This document shows positions 39,206-55,294 of a DNA stretch of 64,000 nt, one piece after another; within the stretch, counting starts at the first letter, position 1, and each line of letters opens with the position of its first letter. This DNA is from Scenedesmus sp. PABB004 (lineage: Eukaryota). The stretch lies in NCBI GenBank assembly GCA_014905635.1, contig JABVCE010000011.1:558001-622000 (forward strand). The letters are read 5' to 3'. The translations under genes were made by a program, and so were the position numbers. The notes beneath the pieces were generated by a model that was not told where the DNA came from, did not search any database, and saw only the letters and a program-made list of their open reading frames with translations.

Positions 39206-42200
39206 ATGGAGCCGCTCAGGGCTCTGTCGTTGCTGGCGGCGCTGCTGCTGGTCGGCAGCGCCAGCGCGCAGAGCGTGGCCGAGGGTGCGTGGCGAGCATC
39301 AGCCGGCGCGCCGGGGGCCCGCCGGCCGGGCGGCCCGGGCGGCTGCGGGGCGTGATCAGGGGCGTTCATGCCACCCCGCGCCCCGCAGCCGGCCTGGGCG
39401 CCGGGCAGGGCCACAGCAGCGCGCCGCCGGTGACCGCGGCGACGCTTCGCCGTTCTCTGTGGCGGGCGGCCTGCGCCGCCTGCCCCGCGCCCGGCTGACC
39501 CCGCTGCCGCGCCCGCGCGCCCGCAGTCACCGCCGCGAGCCTGCCGCGCACGACCGCCGCGCCGCGCGCGACGGCGACGCCCGCCAACACCACCAGCAAG
39601 GAGAGCTGCTTCGGCTTCCTGGAGGCGTTCGTGCCCGCGGGCGACGCCGGGCGGGTAGTTAACGTGGAGGGCACCTTTGCGGGCCTGCCCGTCGCCTTCA
39701 CGCTTACCTACGACGAGCCCAACGGCGTCACCTGCAGCATCGACGCGTGGGCGATGGAGGCGACCAACGTAAACGTGCAGGGCGCGGTCAAGAGCATGTG
39801 GGCCGACCCGCCCGCGTGGCTCAGCTCCGCGCTGGAGACGGTCTCCTTCCCCCGCCTCGCCTCGCGCCGCGTCCCGGGTGCGGCGCCGCGCGGCGACGCG
39901 CGCCGGCGCCGCGCCACGCGGGCGCCGCGCCGGCGCAGCCAGCCCGCGCCGGTGCCGCGCCGACGCCGCCTGCCCGCGCACCCCGCCCGCCCGCCCGGCC
40001 GCGGCCGCGCAGCGACGTCGCCCGGCGTGCTGTTCATTGAGGCCGACACCGTCATCGCGGGGCGCCCGGTCAACTTCCGCGCCGCGCTGACCGACCCGCT
40101 GGGCCTGCGCCTGCTCGCGGTGCAGCTCGCGCAGACCCTCGACCTGCAGACCGTGCTCGCCGACGCAGGGTTCACCAGCCCCGTCGACCTGAACGACATG
40201 TTCGTCCTCCAAAACCCTGGGCTCACGTACGTCCGCAACGGCGCCTTCACCGACTCTGACGGCACGCAGCGCTCGCCCGGCCTCTACCTCAGCATGGGCC
40301 TCGCGATGCCCAAGTTCGGTCTGCCCATGACCAACGTCTCCTTCCCGGTGCGCCTGCCGTCGTCCATCTCCATCCCCACGCCCGGCATCCCCGAGGTCAC
40401 GGTGCCGGTGCCAGAGATCAACGTCAAGGTGCGCCGCGCACGCCGCCCCCGCGCCGCCCCGCGCCGCACTGCGCCGCGATATGAGCCCGTGCTTGAGCGG
40501 CCTTAACCCTAAACCCATAACCTAAGCCGTCCTCCCGCCCCTGCGCTCCCGCTCCCGGTCCTGCCCTAAAACCCCAAACCCTGCCAACCCACCTGCCAGT
40601 GGACGAGCAAGATCGACGCGGCCAAGTACCTCGAGATCAACGAGCTCGACGTCACGGTCAAGCGCCTCGGCGACGACAAGTTCCTGGTGGGTGCCTGGGC
40701 GCTGCGGCCGCGCGCGCGTTGGCAGCGCGTTGGCAGCGCAGCGGGGCAGCCGCGGCGCGGCCGGCGCAGCGGGGAAGCCAGCCAGCCGCGGCGCGCACCC
40801 GCCGCCGCGGCGCGCGCCCGCTGACCCGCGCGCTGCGCCGCTCGCCGTGCTTCGCAGAGCGCGGCGGGCAAGGCCAAGGTCGCCGGCGTGCCGGTGGAGA
40901 CGGTCTTCCGCCTGCAGAGCGGCAACTACTCGTTTAGCGCGCGCGCCGGGGTGAGGGAGGGACCCAGCCGCCAGCGGCGCGGCAGGGCAGGGCCGCCGCG
41001 GCAGGGCTTAGCGCGGCCGTGGCTGGCGCGCCGCGGGCGCGCGGCGCCCGCTCAACTCACTGACTCCCCCGCGCGCCGCGCCCGCGCCCGCGCCCGCGCG
41101 CGCAGCCGACGCCGGCCGCGCCGATCGTGGAGCGGCTGTGGCCGGTGGCCGGCGGCCCGCCCGCGACCTTCACCAACGCGCTGAGCGACGTCACGCTCGA
41201 CATCCGCTACGACAAAGGTGCGCCCCGCGCCCCGCGCCCCGCGCCCCGCGCCCCGCGCCCCCTCCGCTGCTGAGATGGCCTGGGCTGCGCCGGCGCCCCC
41301 GCCCGCCGCGCCGCCGCGCCGCCGTGCCGCCGCGCGCCGCCCGCTGGCCTGAAACCTTAACCCCCCGCCTCACCGCCGCTGCCCAGGCCTGCTCTACCTC
41401 GCGGCCAACTCAACCGAGGGCAGCAAGTTCCGTGCCATCACCAACCAGGAGAGCAGCCTGCGCCTGCTCGAGGCCAACCTCGCCTCGACCGGCACGCTCG
41501 GCCAGATCATCAACGGCCTCGGCGTCTCCAGCTTCCCCGAGACGAGCGCCGAGGTCGTGAGCTTCACCAACCCCGCGTTCCAATACATCTTCGGCGGCCA
41601 GGGTGCGCGCCGCCGCCGCGATCTGCTGCCGCTCCTCCCTGCCGCCGCCGGCCGCCCCTGGCTGCCGCCGCGCGCGCGCCTCGCTGCCGCCGCGCCCCGC
41701 CCACATGCGCCTGCCGCGCCCACTCAAACGCAGAGTTCACGTGGGAGGGCGTCGCGTACAAGCCAGGCCTGTTCTTCAACGTCGAGCTCACCGTCCCCTC
41801 GCTCAACGTGACCAAGGCGCCGTTCACGATGACCGTCGATCGCAACGGCTCCACCACCACGAGCGCCAAGCTCGAGGTGCGGCACGCGGCCCCGCGCGCG
41901 GCCCCCGCGCACCGCGCAGCCGGGCGCGCGGCGCCGTGCCGCGCTGCGCGGCCGGGCGCCGCCGCCGACGCGAGCGCCCCGCCGTCCCCGCCGCCCCCGC
42001 CGTCGCCGCGCCGCGCAGTGGGCCGGCACCGCCACCGTCGCGGAGGGCGTCACCGTGTCCAACATCAGCCTCAGCGCCGCGCGCGGCGTCGGCTTGGTGC
42101 GCCGCCCGCCCCCCGCCCCACGCCCGCCCGCCCCGCGCGCGCCCGCCAGCCCCACGCGCCGCTGCCGGCGCTTCGCGCACCGGCCCCGCGCGCGCGCGCG

Positions 42201-45200
42201 CCCACGCGGCCCCCGGCCTGTCCGGCCCGCCCCGCGCGCGCGCAGGCCGCGACGGGCAAGGCCTCCGTGTATGACGTGCCCGTGGAGGCGTCGATCCTGC
42301 TGTACAACCGCTCCACCTACACCTTCAACGCCGTCTCCGCGGTGAGCGGCCCGCGACCAGGCCGCGCTGGCCGCGCACGCCGCGCCCCCGCCCCGCCGGC
42401 GCCACGCGCCGTGTTCTTGCGGCAGCGCCCGGCTTACACCGCCGCGCCCTGCTCACGCCGCACACTGTTCAGCCCTACCCGGCCGGTGAGATCGTGAAGA
42501 AGATCTGGCCCGGCAGCACGCCGCCGCCGATCGTGACAAACTCCATCGGCGACATCTCGCTCAACATCACCTTCAACAGCGGTGCGGCCGGCGCCCGCGC
42601 CGCGGCGCGCAGAACCCGGCCTGCGCTCGCTGCCGCCGGGCGGGCGCCGGCCGCGCGCGCGCGCGCGCCCCGCGCCGCCCGCCCCGACGCCCGGCGCCGC
42701 CTGCCCGCCGCCGGTGCACGCAGGCCAACTCTCGATCGTCGGCCTCGGCAGCGCGGGGTCGAGCTTCCGCGTCATCACCAGCGAGAACACGCGGCCGCGG
42801 CTGCTGCAGGCCAACCTCGTCGGCACGGGCAACCTGGGGCAGGTCATCAACGGCCTGGGCATCGACTTCCCGGCGGCCAGCGCCGACGTCGTCACGTTTG
42901 CCAACCCCGCGTTCTACTACACCTTTGGCGGCCAGGGTGCGTGGCGCGGCGGGGCGCTGAGGGCTCAGGCTTGAGGGTTGATGAGGGCTCAGGGGTCAGG
43001 GTTCAGGGGTCTGGGTCGAGACGCCGCGCCGCGCGCGCCCCGACGTGCAAGCCCCGACCCTGGCCGCTCACTCGCGCCGCGCCGCCCTCCCGTGTGCTCC
43101 CCTGCCTGTCCCCGCCCGCCTCCCCCGCGACTGCTCAGAGTTCACCTGGAACGAGGTCGTCTACAAGCCGGGCCTCGTGTTCAGCGTCAACCTAACCGTC
43201 CCGGCGCTCAACATCGCCGACGCGCCGTTCACCATGACCGTCAACCGCAACGGCTCCACCACCACCAGCGCCGTGCTCGAGGTGCGGCGGCGCGCTGCGC
43301 CGCCACCCCCGCCGCGCGGCGGGCGGCGGCCCCTGTGAAGCAAGCCCCGGCTGCACGCGCGCGCCCGCCGCGCCCACGTCCGCCGCCGACTGACACCCCG
43401 CCGCGCCGCGCCGCACCGTTCCGCGCGCGCGCAGTGGACGGGCAAGTCGGTCGTCGTGCCCGACGTCGTGGAGATCACCACTGCCGGCTTCCAGGCCGCG
43501 CGCGGCGGCGGCCTGGTGCGCCCGCGCGCCCGCGCCCGGGCCCGCGCCCGGGCCCGCGCGGCCCACCACCTGCCCGCCCGCGCACGCCCACGCTGCGCCC
43601 GCCCCGCCACAGACCGCCATCGCCAAGGCCACCGTGTACGACATCCCCGTCGAGGCGTCGTTCAACTTCCACAACCGCAGCGTCATCTTCACCGCCGCCT
43701 CGGCGGTGCGCGGCCGCGCGCGCGCGCGCCGCGCGCGCGCGCGCGCCGCCGCCGCCGGGCCTCTTGACTTGACACCCCCCAACCCTTAAACCGCACGCCG
43801 CCGCCGCCGCCGCCGCCGCCGCACTGCTCAGCCCTACCCCGCGGCGTCAATTGTGAAGAAGATCTGGCCCACCGCCACGCCGCCGCCGATCGTGACGAGC
43901 GCGGTCGGCAACGTGTCGTTCAACATCAACTACACCCGCGGTGCGCAAGGGGCTGACAGGGCAGCGGCGCGCGGCGCGGGAGGGCAGCAGCCAGCGGGGC
44001 GCGCCGCGGCGGCACCGACGGCGGCGCGCGCGCGCACACACGCTGACGCGCCCCGCCGACTGACGCGCCCCGCCGGCTGCGTCGCGCCCGCACAGGCCAC
44101 CTCTCGATCGCCGCGGCCGGCAGCGCGGGGTCGGGCTTCCGCGTCGTCACGAACGAGGCGACGCGGCCGCGCCTGTTCCAGGTCAACCTGGTGACGAGCC
44201 AGAGCCTGGCCGATATCCTGCAGGGCCTCGGCGCCTCGTTCTCCGTCCCCACAGACATGCTCACGTTCAGTGACCCCTCCCTGCAGTACGTCTTTGGCGG
44301 CCAGGGTGCGTGCGCGTGAACACTGCGCGCCGCGCCCCGCATGCCGCTCGCCGCGCGCCGCGTCGCGCCGGCGGCGGCGGCTGTGGTGCGGGGCCCCCGC
44401 TCGCTCGCTCACGCGCCCGCCCACGCGCGCCGCGCAGCGTTCACGTACGAGGGCGTGTCGTACCCGCCCGGCGCGGAGCTCAAGGTGCTGCTGACCATTC
44501 CCTCCATCGACGTCACGCGCGCGCCGTTCACCATACTCATTTCCTCGAGCGAGAGCCAGGCGATCGGCAACGTCACCCTCGACGTGAGGGTCTCTCACCG
44601 CTGGCGGCGCGGCGGCGCGCGCCGCGGCGCCGTGCTGGCTCACACAGAACTGGGGCAAGCCGCGCCGCGCCGCGCCGCCGCCTGCTCCTCCGCGCGCGCC
44701 CACGGCCCCGCCCCGGCCCGCGCCGCGCCGCTGCGCCGGCACACTGCGCAGTTCTCCGGCAGCATCGTCGTCGCGCGCTACCTGAACATCTCACGCATGA
44801 GCCTCGTCGGCGCGCGCGGCGTCGGCCTCGTCGCGAGCAGCAGCGGCACGATCGCCGGCACGCCCGTCAGCGTGGCGCTCACGCTCGCGACGCAGGCCGC
44901 GCAGGCCGCGGGCGCGGCCGCGGTCTCGGTCACGGCCACCGCCAGGGTGCGGCGCGCGCGCCGCCGGCCGCCCGCCCGCCCGCCCGCCCTGCACCCCCGC
45001 GCCCCACATGGCGGGCCCAGCAAGCCCCAGCCCTCACCCCTGCGCCCTCACCCCTGCGCCCTCACCCCTCCGCCCTGGCCCCCGCGCCTTTTGCCCCTCC
45101 GCCGCCCCCGCCCCTGCGCGCAGGACGTCAACATCGGCACCATCGTCTCCACCGTCTTCCCCGCGACGCCCGAGGTCGTGCGCGGGCTGCTCGGCCGCGT

Positions 45201-48200
45201 GCGCTTCGACGAGCTCGTGCTCAACTTCAACTCCAAGCAGCTCCGCTTCTCCATTGGTGGCGTGCCCAACCTCGGCGGCGTCCCCGAGCTGCGCAAGGTG
45301 CTGGAGTTCCTGCAGCTCGGCGCCGACGCAATCAAGCTCAAAACCCTCGAGAGCGGCGGCCTCGACCTGGCCATCGAGAAGATGTGGACCTTCAACCCCG
45401 GCCGCCCCTTCACGGGCCCCGCGACCGCGGGCTTCTCCCTCGGCGTCTCCTCCGACGCGACCGGCTTCACGACCACGCTCGCCGGCAAGTTTGCGGGCCA
45501 GCTGCGCGTGGACATCTTCGAGAACCCGCTGGTCAACGTCGCCTGCGAGGTGCGCCACGCGAGCGGCCGCCGGGCTCACGCGTGCTGTTCACGGGCCGCC
45601 GGGGCCGCTCCGCGCGTCCGCCGACCCCGCCCCCGCCCACGCGCGCACCCCCTCCCCTCCCCCTCTGCCCGCCCGCAGGCGGGCGTGTCGTTCGCGCCCG
45701 CCACGACGACGTTCCGCCTCGGCGTGAGCTTTGTCGGCGACATGCAGATCAAGGGCTTCCCCTTCCTCAAGCTCCGCGTGCTCAACGGCAGCATCGGCGT
45801 CAACCCGAGCCCCCTCTCCGTCACGTCCGCGTCGCTCCGCGTCGACGGCAAGCTCGTCAACACCAACATCGCGACCACGCTCGTGTACGAGGCCGCCAAG
45901 GGCGTGTTTGGGTTCCGCGTCACCGTTGACAACTTCAGCCTGCAGGACACGCTCGCCGCGCTCGGCATCAACGTCAACCTCGGCATCAGCAACATCCAGA
46001 TCTCAAACGCCGTCGTCGCGTACGCGACGACCGACATCAGCGCCGAGCTCAAGCAGGGCCTGCGCGTCGCGGGGCAGTTCCAGCTGTTCGGCATCCGCGG
46101 GTCTGTCAACTTTGGCATGGACCGGGACGGCATGGACCTCGCCGGCAGCCTCAACTTCGCCGAGGCGCGGCGCGCCGGCACAGCGCGCCGCGCGGGCCGC
46201 GGGCCGCGGGCCGCGCCGCGCGCTCGCCCATGGGCGCCGCACCCTGCCCGCGCCCCTGAGGGCCGCTGGGCTCATAAAACCTCGCCGCCCCGCCGCCCCG
46301 CGCCGCCTCCCTCCTCCGCAGAAAATGATCGACACGTACAACAAGATCGACAGCGCCCTCAAGGCGTGAGTACCTAGCAGCGCCGCGCGCCCGCCGCCAC
46401 CGCGCCGCCGCCGCTGGCTCCGGCCACACCTCCCGCGCCCTGTGGTCACGCACCACGCCTGCTGACGCGTCCGCTCCTGCCGCCGCCCGCACCACGCGCT
46501 GCTTCATCTCCCCCGCGCGCAGCGTCGGCATCAACCTCGGCGCGATCGGCATCCGCCTGCAGGACATCTTCCTGGTCGAGACGTTCAGCATCGACCTCGT
46601 CCTGCGCAGCGCGACGGTGCGGCGCCGGCGCACCTCACCACGCCCCCCCGGGGCCCCTGGCCCGGCCGCCAGGCTCAACCTGGGCGGGCCTCTGACCCCG
46701 CGCGCCGCGCGCCGCGGTCCGGGGACTCACCGCGCCGCCGCGGCCGCCGCACGCCGCGCCGCACGCTCGCCGCCGCGCAGAAGCGCTTTGCGGCGAGCAT
46801 CTCGTTCGTGGTGCTCAAGAATAAGCTGAGCTTTGGCTTCTCCATCGACGCGGGCAACGTCAACTTCTTCGCCGACGCGATCGCGGCCGAGGCAAAGCGC
46901 TTCTTCACCGGTTAGCTTGCGCTCGCTGATGCCGCCGCCATGTTGTGTGCCGCGCCACGCCGCCGCTGCCGCCGCCGCCGCCACACCGCCACCACCACAC
47001 CGCCGCACCCTCACGCGCGCCGCGCCGCCGCGCCGCCGGATCGCAGCCGCGTGCACGCGCGACTCGTACGACCGCGGCGTCGGCCGCATCCCCACGGGCT
47101 GCCCCGACGGCCAGGAGAACTTCAGCGGGCTCTGCTACCCCAAGTGCACCCAGAACTGGCAGTACGGCGTGTACGGCAAGGACAACCGCTGCTACCAGGT
47201 GCGAGCGCGCGCGCTGCGCGACTGGTCCCCCAAACCCTGAACGGCAAGGGGGGTCGGCGGGAGCGCTGCGGGGTCTGGGGGTGCGATGCGCCGCGCTGAC
47301 GCGCCGTCACGTGCCCGCAGAACTGCCCGCCGGGGTGGAACGACGATGACCCGGTCGGCAAGCGCGGTGAGCCGCGCGGCGCGCGTGGGGCAAGGGTTGA
47401 GGGTTTGGGCTCGGTCCCTAAACCTGCCAGCCGCCGGTCACCGCCGCCGCCCGCCGCCGCCCGCGCCACGCGCCGCAGGCCTGAGCTGCTCCATCCTGCA
47501 GTGCGACCCCGGGTGGACGCTCAAGGGCCTGCTCTGCTACAAGAACTGCGACCCCGGGTGGTCCAGCGACGGCCTGGCGGTCTGCTACGAAAACGTGCGT
47601 GGCGCGGCGGCGGCGCCCAGCGCCTGGCGCCCGCGGCGCCTGCGGCGGCGGCCGCCGCGCCCCCGGCGCGCGCGCCCGCCCCTGAGCGCCCGCGCCCGCC
47701 CTGAGCGCCCGCCCCGCCCGCCCGCCCGCCCGCCCGCCCGCCCGGCTGGGACCCCCGCAGTGCCCCGCCGGCTGGGACTACGTGCTGCTCAACTGCCAGC
47801 GCTGGGCGTGCAACGCCGACGAGGACGTGAGCGCCAGCGCGCTCGCCCGGCTCGCGCCACGAGTGGCCCTGTGCGCGCGCCGCCCCTGACCCGCGCGCGG
47901 CCCCGTGTTGCGCGCGCGCGCCCGCCCCGCAGGACAACGGCTGGGGCTTGTGCTACCCCAAGTGCCGCGCCGGCTTCCGCAGCGACGGCGCCAACCTCTG
48001 CCTCGGCGGCTGCGCGCCCGACTACTCGACGCTGCCCCTCACGTGCTTCCGCCACCACAGCGTGAGCGCCCGCGCCGCCGCCGCCGCCAACAGCGCCGGT
48101 GTCCGGCGCGCGCGCGGCCGCCCACCCGCGTGCGCGGCCGCCCACCCGCCCCGCCCCGCCCTGCCCCGCCCCTCGTCCATCCGCGCGCGCAGCTCTACTG

Positions 48201-48277
48201 GAAGGGCTGCTGCTGCTTCTGCTTCTTCGGCTGCCGCTGCTGCGGCAACTGCGCGGGCGGCTACAGCGACCGCGGTG

Positions 48278-48312
<35 letters not shown>

Positions 48313-50042
48313 GCGCCGCGTCCACGCCGCGACCCCCGCTGCGCGCGCAACGCTCGCGCCCCCTGAACCCTGCACACCCGCTGCGCCGCGCCGCGCCAGG
48401 CTGCCTGTGCGACCGCTGGGCGTCGTCGTACTGGCGCGACATGTACTGGCGCAACAGCCGCACCAAGCTCACCAGCTACACGCGCCGCTCCTACTGGACC
48501 CGCTCCACCGGCGGCGTCAAGAGCTTCTGGAAGAACATCCAGGGTGAGCGCGACGCGCACAGCGCGCACAGCTTGCGCACAGCTTGCGCACAGCTTGCGC
48601 ACAGCGCGCGCAGCGGCCCCGCCCGCCGTGGCCGGGCCCCTGCCCCCCCGCCGCCAACCCCTGCCCTGCGGCCCGCTCCACCAGACCGCGGCGTCGGCCG
48701 CATCCCCTCACGCTGCTCCGACCCCGAGTTCCCCAGCTACGAGGCCGGCCTCTGCTACCGCAAGTGAGCGCCCATGCCTGCCGCCGCGCCGCTCTGCTGC
48801 GCCCCGCCGCGCCGCTCTGCTGCGCCCCGCCGCGCCGCTCTGCTGCGCCCCCGCGCCGCCCCATCGCCCGCCGCCCGCCGACTGCTCTCCGCCGACTGCT
48901 CACACCTGCCTCTGCTCTCGCCCGCCGCCCGCCGCGCTCCGCAGCTGCGCGCCCGGGTACGACAGCTTTGCGACGATGTGCATCAAGAAGTGTCCCGCCG
49001 GCTACACCAACTGCGGGACGTACTGCGTCCCGACCGGCCTGCCGCTCGGCTGCGCCGGCTTTGCGGGCGCGCTGTATCAGCGCTGCAGCGCCAAGCGCGC
49101 CGGCGGCGTCAGCGTGGCGTCGGTCGACGACACCATCGCGCTCAACAACACCGGCTCACCCGTGCCCTACACCGCCAACCGCGAGATGGCGATCGCGCAG
49201 CCGCTCGAGGCCGCGCTGCGCAAGAGCGGCCGCGCCGCCGCGGGCGGGTCGCGCACCAAGCCGGGGTGCAGCACCTCGCTCGAGTGCTTCTGCCGCGGCG
49301 TCAAGTCGGGGTCGCGCTTCGCCAACCCGTTCGCTCCCAGCGACAAGCCGGGCTACATCGTGTGCGGCAACGGCCGCGCGGTCACCGCCGAGTGCGAGGA
49401 TGGCACCAAGTTCGACGCCGCCGTCGGCGCGTGCCTCAGCCCCGAGGCCAGCCGCGCCGCCGCCGCCGCGGCGGCGGGGCCCAAGGCCGTCGCCGCCGCG
49501 GGCGCGGCCGCCGCCGACGCAGCGACCGACCTGTGCGCGGACCTCGAGGACGGCGCGTACGCACGCAAGAACGCGACCGGCGGCTACGTGGTGCGTTGGG
49601 GGGAGGGGCGCGGGGCGCGGGGCGCAGCCGCGCGCGCGGCACGGCCGCGGGGCGGGCGCCTGGCGGATGCTTGGGGGCGGCGCGTGCCGCGTGGGCAGGC
49701 CGCGGCACCCCTGGCGGCTGACGCGCCCGCCCGCCCGCACCCGCGCCGCAGCGCTACGACTGCGAGGGCGGCAAGATGCTGCCCGAGTGCCCCGCGGGCC
49801 AGCAGCGCGGCGAGCCGGGCAGCGACTGCGAGGCGACGACCAACGCCGTGCCCCAGAGCGCGCGCGCCGCGGCCGCGGCCGTCGTGCCCGCGGCCGACGC
49901 GGCGGCTGCGTCCGAGGCCAAGTGCAAGGACGTCAGCTGCTTCTGCAACGTGCGGCACGGGGCCTGGCCGCCGCGGCCTGCCTGCCGGCACGCCAGCGCG
50001 CCGCGCGCGCACGCGCCGCGCTCGCTCCAGCCCACTCACAAC

Positions 50043-50082
<40 letters not shown>

Positions 50083-50809
50083 GCCGCATGCGCAGCGCAA
50101 GCAGGATGGGCTGTACGTCGACTCGATCGCCGCCAACTACCAGCGCGTCAACCCCGGCGGCGGGCGGCGCCCGCGCGCGGCGGCCGGCAACGCGACGTCC
50201 CCGGCGGCCAACGCGACCGCCGACACCGCGCCGGTCAACCCCGACATCGCCGCGGCGGCGCGGCCCTTTGCGAGCTACATCCGCTGCGCGGGCGGCGCCG
50301 GGACCCGCGAGTTCTGCCCCGGCGCGCAGGAGTTTGACGTCGCGCGCGGCCGCTGCGTGCGCGTGCCGGCGGGCAGCGGCAAGTCCAAGGCGCTCGCCGA
50401 CCCGGCCTGCAAGAGCCTGGACTGCGCGTGCACGGACCGCGCCAACGGCGTGTACGTGAGCCCGGTCAACCCCGACCATGGCGTCATCTGCGACGGCCAG
50501 CTCGCGTACGACCTCGCCTGCCCCGACCAGGCCGTGTTTGTGGAGGCCAAGGGCATGTGCGTCGCGCGCGGGACCAACGGCACCGCGACCGGCGACGGCC
50601 CAACCGGCGGGCGGCGGTCCGGCGGCCAGATCCCCGCGTGGGCGCGCGACGGGCCGACCGGGGACCCCGCGGGCACGCCGGGCCCGGGGCCCGTCGGCGG
50701 GCTGCCGGAGGAGTGGGCCGCGGCGGGCGCTGCGCCCGGGGTCGCGGCGGCCGGCTTTGCGGCCGCCGGCGGCCCCGCGCCGGCGGCCGGCGCCGGCGGC
50801 GAGCCGTGA
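39206..50809 (+). CDS. Very large secreted multidomain protein: beta-rich ~210-aa repeats, Cys-rich module and four peritrophin-A/CBM14-like domains
   Basis: Signal 'MEPLRALSLLAALLLVGSASAQ'; more than 30 exons. Three 5-exon repeats (40600-41876, 42019-43281, 43435-44583); Cys-rich block ~47047-49090; C-terminal units such as 'CFCRGVKSGSRFANP...GYIVCGNGRAVTAECEDGTKFDAAVGAC'. TGTAA at 51042-51046. Confidence 0.75.
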
Positions 50810-51421
50810 GCGTTGTTGTACACACGAATGAAATGCTCAGGCTACGAACCAGCATACGATTACGAACAGCAGATTCTTTCATCGCGCGCCTGCCTGTGTC
50901 TCTCGTGAATCCTTCCTTCCCTCATTCTTTCGTGCGCGGAGCTCGGCGCTGAGGGCCGGCGCGCTGTGCGCCCTGCGGCGTGCGGGCGGCGGCCTCGTCC
51001 GCCGCCGCGTGGCTGCTGGCCCGAGTGAAGAGATGTGCAGATGTAAGGACCCTGTTCTGCAGAGTCCTCAACGGCCTCACACGCGTTTGCGGCAGCGCGC
51101 CGGAGGCGCGGCGCAGGGTTTGGCGCCGCCGCCGCGGCGCTGCCCCTGCCCCTGCCCTGGCTAGTTCGTCCGCAGTGCTCCGCGCTCCCCGTGCGCCGGG
51201 CGGGCCGCCTAGGCCGCGCCTGGGCAGCAGCTGCGGCCAGCCCGGCCCCAGCGCTCGCTGCAGGCAGGGATTTGCGCGCCCCGCGTGCTCGGCAGACGTG
51301 AAGTTGCTCTGATCGTGAGGGCAGCCCCCGCGCAGCCTTGCGGTCGCGGAGACGCAGCGGTGGGCCGGCCATGCGCTGAGCGCGCGCCCCCGGGCGCGAG
51401 TCCAGGCTCCGCGCTCTCGCC

Positions 51422-54883
<3,462 letters not shown>

Positions 54884-55294
54884 GCCGGCGGGTCCCGGGC
54901 TGCCGTCTCTCTGCCTTTGGGAGTTTTGCGTTTCCTTGGCTGTACGGCCTGCGCTGGGCTCGCACTGCCTGCGAGCGAGGCGGGGACAGCAACAGCAACA
55001 GCCGCTCGCGCCCTTTGCGTGACGGACAAGAGCTGCGGCCTTTGGCCCGGCTGCCGCGGTCGCCTGCAGGCCCGCCGCCACGCAACTGGCGCGGGCCACC
55101 GGCGGCCGCGGCCGCCGCTGTATCGTGTGTAGGCGGGCGCCGCTGGATTGTGCAGCGGGCGCCACGCGTGTGTACAGTGTGTGCGGGCTGCTCTCGATTT
55201 CTCACGGATGCTTGCGGTCGCGCGCCGCTGACGACATAAACGGGCCGGGCACATCAGGTTCCCCCGTGGCGATATCGCCGCCCGGCGTGCCCCG

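Noticed and set aside
48557..48855. Short tandem repeats (gcacagcttgc x~4; ~25-bp gccgcgccgctctgctgcgcccc x3) considered as a CRISPR-like array
   Set aside because: They are intronic minisatellites with no unique spacers and no cas genes, in a eukaryotic context.
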